Source of the DNA: Macrostomum lignano
Taxonomy: Eukaryota
NCBI GenBank assembly: GCA_002269645.1
Contig: NIVC01000104.1
Coordinates: 711,179 to 775,178 of the forward strand
Length of the DNA stretch: 64,000 nucleotides
Direction: 5' to 3'
A model generated the notes under the pieces. That model was not told the DNA's origin, did not search any database, and worked only from the letters and a program-made list of their open reading frames with translations. A program made the translations under genes and the position numbers. Within the stretch, counting starts at the first letter, position 1. The number at the start of each line of letters is the position of its first letter. Positions 49,211 through 64,000 of this stretch are shown piece by piece.

Positions 49211-49563
49211 TTCAATTCTTTTGAGAATTATCAAGTCGATATTTTGCTCGAATAGAGGGCGAAACAAAACCAGGGCCAAAAAGGGGGAAGGGCTAAAGGG
49301 CCATGGGATGGTCGATCACCCCTTTGACCACTTAAGCAACATTTGCTCTTAGCTGCAATGCAATAGTTTGTATCCAATGAGCAATACGTTTGGCATCAAA
49401 AAATTATTGTGGCGTTTAATATTTATCTTGTACCATTTTAGGAGTGTTGTATTTAAGATTTTATAAACTAGTTTTTATTGTTTACCATTGATTCAAAGCA
49501 AGATTCAAATGAAGATTCAAATGAAAAGATTCAAACCTGATGTACAGAAGCCATATCTTAAGT

Positions 49564-49820
49564 AAGGGGTTGGCAAAATTTTTACACTAAAGGGCCAGAT
49601 AGAGAACCTAGCGAATGACTGCGGGCTAGAGGGGAGAGGAGAGTGTCGAAGGGAATAGAGAAGAGAGATAGGAGAATGGAGGTGAGGGAATAAGGGAGAG
49701 GAGAGACAGAATAGGACAGGAAAGAGAAGATGATATGAAATGAGATGAGAGGAGTGGAGAGGAGCGAAAAGGAGCTGAAGAGATGAATGGAGTGGAGGGG
49801 AGATGAGAAAAGGGAGGAAG
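49564..49820 (+). mobile_element. MER58/Charlie-like left end followed by a GA tract
   Basis: aggggttggcaaaatttttacactaaagggccagatag resembles the MER58 5' end (recalled); preceded by an NNNTANNN-type site. Confidence 0.6.
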
Positions 49821-50639
49821 GAGTACAAAGTGCAAGTTTTTCTATGCCTCGCCTAGATTGCATTTTTTAAATTGCATTATTTTATCTATGATATTCTATT
49901 AGTAAGTTGCTAATAGCAAATGCTTTTAAATCATTTTACAAAATCAATGTATACATTTTTAAGCATATCAAACTTTTTTAGCTTATTTAGAATTTTCTTT
50001 GTTTTAATAAATAGTTTAGAAAATTTATTGAATCTTTACAAGTATTGGCATACATGCGCAACTTCTGAAATTACGCTGGCCGTGCGACTTAGTTTTCGAT
50101 CAAAAATGCGACTTACCTATGTAAGAAAGCTAAACAAAGAATTGTGGGTAAACGGCAGGAGTAACTTTGACCATATTTTAAGGGCTAAATGCCTCGCCAG
50201 CTAATTAGTGCAGATTTTGCGGTTTTTATTACAGCTAATCAGTATATCATAGTGTCGGCCTGAGGCAATTAGTAATGATGACAATGAGTAAAGACATGTA
50301 ATGACAAAAGTCATGATTCATGAATGTCTAGAAGTAAGTGAAGTGAATACAGTGTGGCCTATAGCTCAAGAATAATTTCACTTGCTAGACGATTTAGCAT
50401 GGAAGATGAGAGCCCTGATTCAGATGGCTCATCAGATGCAGAATACAAATCCAGTAGAGATACAAGCTGTGAAAACCCACAGATTTTGAAACCACTGAAT
50501 TCCAATTCCCGGAACTATTTTGCATAGATTCTTAAAGTTGAAGTCATGCTCAAACAAAAACTTGTTAACAGTTAGGAAAAAGGCAAACAAGGATGGGAGT
50601 AAATGCATGTTAAATTAAGATTTGAGGCCTTTGCAAATT

Positions 50640-51416
50640 CTCTGCTTTCCTCAATCTTCTCATCCTCTTTTTCTTTTCTCTCTCATCCCTCATCCCTTCT
50701 CTCTTTCCTCTCCTCTCTTTTCCTCTCTTATCTCTTCTGTCTCCTGTCTACATTCTTATCTCTCCTCTCGTCTCTCTCCACTTCACTCTACTCTCTCATC
50801 TTATCTCTCCTCTCGTCTCTCTCCACTCAACTCTCTCATCTCATCTCTCCTCTCTTCTCTACTCTCTTATCTCTCCTCTCTTCACTCTCCTCTTATCTCC
50901 TCCTTATCCTCTCTTCTCTCGTCTACTCTCTTATCTCCTTTCTTCTCTCCTCTTTCCTCTTTCCTCTCTTTTCTGATCTCATCCATCATCATATCTTTCC
51001 TCTTTCCTCTCATCTCTCTCATCTCTCTCCTCCCTCAGCTTTTCTCTCATCTATCTTTTCTCCCATTGCATCGCTCGCCTCTCCTCTGTTTGCTTATCTC
51101 CAATCTTCTATTCCCTCTACTTTGAAGTAAGAAAATATGCACACATTTTTGCTGAAGATAAGAGGAGAGAAGAGGGCATTGAGGAGAAAGGGTAGAGAGA
51201 AAAGGGGAGAAAGGAGAGGGAGAAGAGAGGAGAGTAAAAAGGAAAGGAGAGAGAAGAGGGAAAAGGGGGAGAGAGATAAGAGGGGAGGCAAGGTAGAGAA
51301 GAAGAGAGAGATGAGAGTTGAAGAGACACCAACCTTGCTAGTTAGAAAGTTTCAAAGAACCCGAGGGGCGAGGGCCAGATAGAGGGGCTTCGCGAGCTGG
51401 ACTTTGCTGACCCCTG
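50640..51416. mobile_element. CT tract, GA tract and MER58-like right end
   Basis: Ends ...agggccagatagaggggcttcgcgagctggactttgctgacccctg. Confidence 0.55.
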
Positions 51417-51557
51417 CTCCGGAGTTAAAGAAATCAATGGGAAACTGTTGACATAGGCTGCTGATTTCAAAGATCTTGTCTGTGGTTGAAGGCTTCTATT
51501 CTGTTTTTTTGCTCCCCTGCCACACTTGCACCTACTACCCCTTGATCGCCTCTGATT

Positions 51558-52203
51558 GCGACTTACTTCCCTCTTATTGCGACTTAGTTGCTCCTTTTGC
51601 GACTTACCTAACCCTTTTGCGACTTACCTAATCCTTTTTGCGACTTACCTAACCCTTTTGCGACTTACCTAACCCTTTTGCGACTTACCTAATCCTTTTT
51701 GCGACTTACCTAATCCTTTTTGCGACTTACCTAACCCTTTTGCAACTTACCTAACCCTTTTGCGACTTACCTAATCCTTTTTGCGACTTACCTAATCCTT
51801 TTTGCGACTTACCTAACCCTTTTGCGACTTACCTAACCCTTTTGCGACTTACCTAACCCTTTTGCGACTTACCTAATCCTTTTGCGACTTACCTAACCCT
51901 TTTGCGACTTACCTAATCCTTTTTGCGACTTATCTAATCCTTTTGCGACTTACCTAATCCTTTTTGCGACTTAGTTGCTCCTTTTGCGTCTTACCTAATC
52001 TTTTGCGACTTACCTAATCCTTTTGCAACTTACCTAATCCTTTTTGTGACTTACCTAATCTTTTTGCGACTTGACCTAATCCTTTTTGCGACTTAGTTGC
52101 TCCTTTTGCGACTTACCTAATCCTTTTGCGACTTACCTAATCCTTTTTGCGACTTACCTAACCCTTTTGCGACTTACCTAATCCTTTTGCGACTTACCTA
52201 ATC
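51558..52203 (-). repeat. ~21-bp minisatellite of 5' splice-site copies (TAG|GTAAGT), ~28 units
   Basis: Plus-strand unit gcgacttacctaatccttttt. Confidence 0.9.
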
Positions 52204-52327
52204 ATTTGTGCAACTTAATTTGCTTCTGCTGCAACTTGTTTTTCTTTTGCTTCACCATTTTACTTCCCTATATTGCTCTTTCCTCTTGCATTTTTTCATT
52301 TTTGGTCAACTCAATTTTGCGACTTAC

Positions 52328-52398
52328 CCTGGTCCACCACAATTTACGGTGGCCAGATCGGCCAGCTCGGCCAGCAGTTGCGCATGTATGAGTATTGG
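52328..52398 (-). other. Candidate upstream (5' UTR) exon of KMT2C/D
   Basis: TTTTCTTTGAAAG| ... GG|GTAAGT; GC-rich island; joins the 49217 acceptor in frame; contains a 13-codon uORF. Confidence 0.45.
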
Positions 52399-54261
52399 CT
52401 TTCAAAGAAAACCTTCAAATAACTTAAAAATCATTATATTTATTAAGTTTATTATAAAGTAAATTTTTGTTTAAAATAATTGCCTATAAAGATCACAAAA
52501 TAGGGAAATCTAATCTTTTAACAAAAATATCTACTGGTAATTAATTTTTTAAAATAAAATATATTCTAGGTGTTTAGCCATTAGGTTAAATAAAACTCTT
52601 AGACATGAACAATGCATAGTCTTTATATCATCTATTTAATATATGGTTATCTAGTATATCCTAGCAAAACAAATAGGTAAAGGTAAAGGGCAAACAAAAA
52701 TATATAGGCTTGTACTACTAAGCATATATGCTTATTATATACATTTACTATATATATCAAGTATATATCAATATGATAAGGTTTAAATCTAAAAGCTTCA
52801 ATTGTAAAATAAAAATAATTTAAGAATAATTTTAATTATAAGATATATTATATTTGCCTAGGTTTTTATATGCAGAAAATATATATGCACCTTAAATTTT
52901 GAAATCATACCCTGAAAGTGTAAAGTAGATACTGTTGCAAAACCTATTTTATAACCTATAACAAATACTAATGACAATGTCTCATAACCTTTTTTTAAGC
53001 CACATTTGCAATGCCTTAAAATAAGAAAAAAAAAGAATTTGCACTCTGAGCCTTGAAATTGGGTATAAGATACAAATTTGTACATTGTCTCTAGCACAAA
53101 AACCTAGTACCCCTTTTCCTATACTAGACTAGGTCCTATGTAAGACTATGCTAGTGCACCATTAGCGTAGTCTTTAGACAACATGTAGGCCTATACTAGA
53201 ATTTCCCAGCATACAAGGGTACTTACCATTTTTAACATAGATCAGCAATCGCATATATCCTAGCATATATAACACAATAGAAACATTGTGTCAATCACAC
53301 ATTTTTTAGATCCAGTGTGTTAGACCCAGTATATATACTAATATACAATTTAAACTATGGGATTTTTAACAAGCTTAACTAGATTACAACAAGTAAAGTA
53401 ACTAGCTATATGCATACTATCAGTTTAATTACTATAAAAAAACTTGGTGCAACATAAAAAACTAAACTATCCAAAAAGGCAGTTCAATGGTCTTAAGCTT
53501 GCATTGCTAGTCTTGTGCCTCTAGGCAATACAATTTGGCAGCTCTCATATGCTGCAACATTCTCAAGGTAACTTCAATGGCTGTGACTGATCTAGAATGT
53601 TCAATAGCTTTAGAGAAATGACACATTTGGCAACAAGTCACTGATTGGCAAGATTTTCTATTATAAGGCTTTTATTGATCAAAAAGCCATTTTCTACTTT
53701 AACTTGGCCATGAGAGAAAGTCAAAATGGGCTGAACAACATGTTATAGCTCTTTGAAATCCTTATTGGAATAAGTAGACAAAAGGTATCTGACCATCTGT
53801 TACAATTTTGGAATTTTCTAGTGTTGTATACAAATGAGGTCTTGTCATTTTTTCTGGCATTAAACCCAATGTATACTAATACATGAGCTAAACTATTGAC
53901 TATACATAGTGCAATATTGTTGTTTAGCAAAATTGGCATTGTCATGTTTAAGCCAAAATTAGATAGCAACTTGACAAGCAAATAGGAGTATATATCATAT
54001 GTCCTTATGTCACTCTGGAACAAAAGTAGAGACTACACTAGTAGCCTTGGCAATAGGCTATGCTAGAAGAGACTTCCAAACCAGCTTTTTGTACATTTCT
54101 AATAGAAACTTGCAAGATGTTATATGAAAGCCTAAAAATTTTTCATTTGTTTGAGGTGTTAGAAGCTAAGGCCTAATTAAGTCACTTAAAAGTAAGCTTT
54201 AGCCTAAGAAGCTAATCCAAAATTGAAACTTTCCTTTTGAACTCCTTGGCCATTGACATTA

Positions 54262-54827
54262 GGCAGTGCTTATCCCCACGGTACCGTAGGAATAATTTCT
54301 GTCTTATTCCAACGGTACCGTGCGAATAATTTTCTGCTTATCCGCACGGCACACTGACGAGATAGCTGCCCTATCTTCTACATATGCCGTGCGAATAATT
54401 TTCTGCTCATCCGCATAGCACGCAATTTGAATTATTTGTTACTACACAAAAAAATTCTTTCTCATAGAAAAGTCGTTAAATCTTTATTTCTTTAGAACAA
54501 ATGTTCAAGCCAAGTTATGTTGTTATACTGCACTCAAATCGTATGTACTAAACTTCCCACACGGCATATGTAGAAGATAGGGCAGCTATCTTGTCAGTGT
54601 GCCGTGCGGATAAGCAGAAAATTATTCGCATGGCATATGTAGAAGATAGGGCAGCTATCTCGTCAGTGTGCCGTGCGGATAAGCAGAAAATTATTCGCAC
54701 GGCATATGTAGAAGATAGGGCAGCTATCTCGTCAGTGTGCCGTGCGGATAAGCAGAAAATTATTCGCACGGTACCGTTGGAATAAGACAGAAATTATTCC
54801 TACGGTACCGTGGGGATAAGCACTGCC
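54262..54827. mobile_element. PIF/Harbinger-type MITE with long TIRs
   Basis: TIR GGCAGTGCTTATCCCCACGGTACCG... of more than 100 bp; TTA TSD (54259-54261, 54828-54830); ~63-bp subterminal unit repeated three times on the right. Confidence 0.85.
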
Positions 54828-54890
54828 TTAACATTAATATGGACATAATAAATTAATGATAGTATGAAATTTTTCATGACCTTAGAATAC

Positions 54891-55272
54891 TTTTTAAACT
54901 TTGTCTGACTTGGAATATTCTAACCATTATTCCAACTCATAATGCAGTTAAATTACCAGTTGGAATAATGGTCAGAATATTCCGACAGATTATTAAATAT
55001 AAATGCAAGGCATTTTTAAAAGGCCAAAAAGACAGTCATATCAATTGATAAATTCTGACTCAATTGCCTGTATTTAATAATTAGTTGGTATAAACCATAA
55101 ACATTAGAATGATATTTAGATTTTAGACTCTTGCAATGAATTTAATAGGCGGCATAGGCCTAATCAGTCAGAATAAGAGTGGGAATATTCTGACCATTAT
55201 TCCAACTCATAATTTAACTGCATTATGAGTCAGAATAACAGTCAGAATATTCTGAGTTGGACAAAGTTTAAA
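54891..55272. mobile_element. Degenerate foldback/MITE-like inverted repeat
   Basis: Imperfect ~90-bp inverted arms (54891-54983 vs 55181-55272) bounded by TTTAAA. Confidence 0.5.
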
Positions 55273-56425
55273 AGGTCCTTGGAATCTACAAAAAAGCACT
55301 TATGTCTTAGGTACAAAGTACCTTCAAATATTTTAACTTCAACAAATTAATTAAAAAGGCTTCTTTAAAAATATAAATAACTTTAAAAGTAAGGAGATAG
55401 TCCCTGAAAATATGGAGAGTAGGTCTAAGGAGACAAAGTCTAATCCAAAATAAGGAGAATAAAGATTGTCAACACCTTAAAATTAAGAAAGGCTAGGCCT
55501 AGCCTAAGCAATTAAATTGTCATGGCATAGGTCTAGCTTGGTCTAGTAGTGTAGTAGTGCTGTAGTAGACTGTCATAAAGCAATTATAAGGCTAGGCCTA
55601 GGCCCTACACTGTACACTACTGACATAAGCCATAGCTACATGGGAGCATGAGGCAGTTGTTGGTAGACCAGGCCTACCTAGTTTACTACATTTTCATTCT
55701 CAAATCATACACGATTTTTAGCCCTAGTAGACCTAGTCACCTAGTCTAGTTCAGTTTCATCATATCAATATCATGCATAGGCTGGCTACTAACTGGTCCG
55801 ATTCATTTTAGAAAGTCAGACAAAATGAAAAACGCCTGAAAGTAAAATGCTTAAGACCTATTTAATTTACGAAATGTACGTTATTTTAAAAGTTAAAATA
55901 ACACAGTAATTTGGAATGATTACTGGGGCTATGATAAAATAATAAAAGCATAAGAAAGAGATACGCGTGGGTCAACATAAGTAAGCATGCTAAGGGAGCT
56001 TAGTCATTTTATTCGATGACTGATTATCCAACAGACCCGTTTGTACTACTACTACTTTTATTAAGGCCAGCTTAAAATAGCGCTTTGAATTAAATAGCAA
56101 TTACGAGTTCGGAAAAGACTATATCAAAAAAAGCTAAATTTATATTCATTTTCTCAGATATACAGAATTTTTAAACGCTATTGAATTAAGATTAGTAATT
56201 TTTTCTGCCAACCTTATTTAACTGTTTGCAATTTTGTTTTAACCTGTATCTATGCAGTCAACGCTCCGTGTATTTAATTTAGTGAAATTGATATCATTTC
56301 CCCATATTTAAAAAAATAAGACGTTAAGTACTAGAAATCAAAGTAGCACTACCTTCTGCTGAACCTGTTGTGGGAAATCTTAAATATTTTATAGTTCTTC
56401 TACCTTTAGCGGCCATTATAATCAT

Positions 56426-63685
<7,260 letters not shown>

Positions 63686-63859
63686 GTAAGAATTCAGCCG
63701 CAAAAAGTCCAGCTATGTTTCGTTTGCTGCTCAATAGGCCAACAGCTATACAAAAATGTCTCCTAAGCAACCCATATGTACTTGTAATTTGTAGTCTCAA
63801 AATATTAATTAAAAAAAAGTTTAAGTTCCTCAAATCCCCACTGAATCTCCAAAAATTCA

Positions 63860-64000
63860 CATCTAGTCTCCTGAAATTCCAATCTAGTCTCTTAAAATTC
63901 CAACCTAATCTCCTGAAATCCCATCTAATCTCCTGAAATCCCATCTAATCTCCTGAACTCTCGTCTAATTTCCTAAAATCCCATCTAATCTCCTGCAATC
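63860..64000. repeat. 20-bp intronic minisatellite (truncated by the window)
   Basis: Unit ccatctaatctcctgaaatc. Confidence 0.8.

Noticed and set aside
51558-52203. Spliced-leader RNA gene array or interstitial telomere
   Set aside because: Units are only ~21 bp with no leader exon or U-rich Sm site after the donor, and CCTAA occurs singly, not as (TTAGGG)n.
53721-54023. 100-aa AT-rich ORF
   Set aside because: No homology, atypical composition for this genome's exons, no splice support.

Overview
Animal (invertebrate) genomic DNA. GC-rich, poly-Gln/Ala exons sit between AT-rich introns packed with minisatellites. This style would fit a free-living flatworm such as Macrostomum, but that is inference only. 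Four genes are supported: (1) a 99-aa secreted 8-Cys peptide (3165-3464, +) facing an inverted, satellite-disrupted paralog fragment; (2) a compact, divergent adducin (7538-11574, +, 5 coding exons, ~472 aa); (3) a full-length, unsplit KMT2C/D (MLL3/4, Lpt+trr) H3K4 methyltransferase (16824-49210, -, ~16 coding exons, ~4,400 aa) with an apparent 1-bp frameshift in its HMG box and a 72-bp coding tandem repeat; (4) the 5' part of SPATA18/Mieap (56426 onward, +, 8 exons in the window). Mobile DNA: a hAT element with a perfect 8-bp TSD carrying a nested deleted Tc1, a Harbinger-type MITE, MER58/Charlie-like MITEs with expanded GA interiors, and two SINE-like copies. Most long ORFs in the supplied track are repeat or antisense artefacts. 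Exon boundaries were derived by hand from splice consensus, phase and recalled homology; no database search was run.
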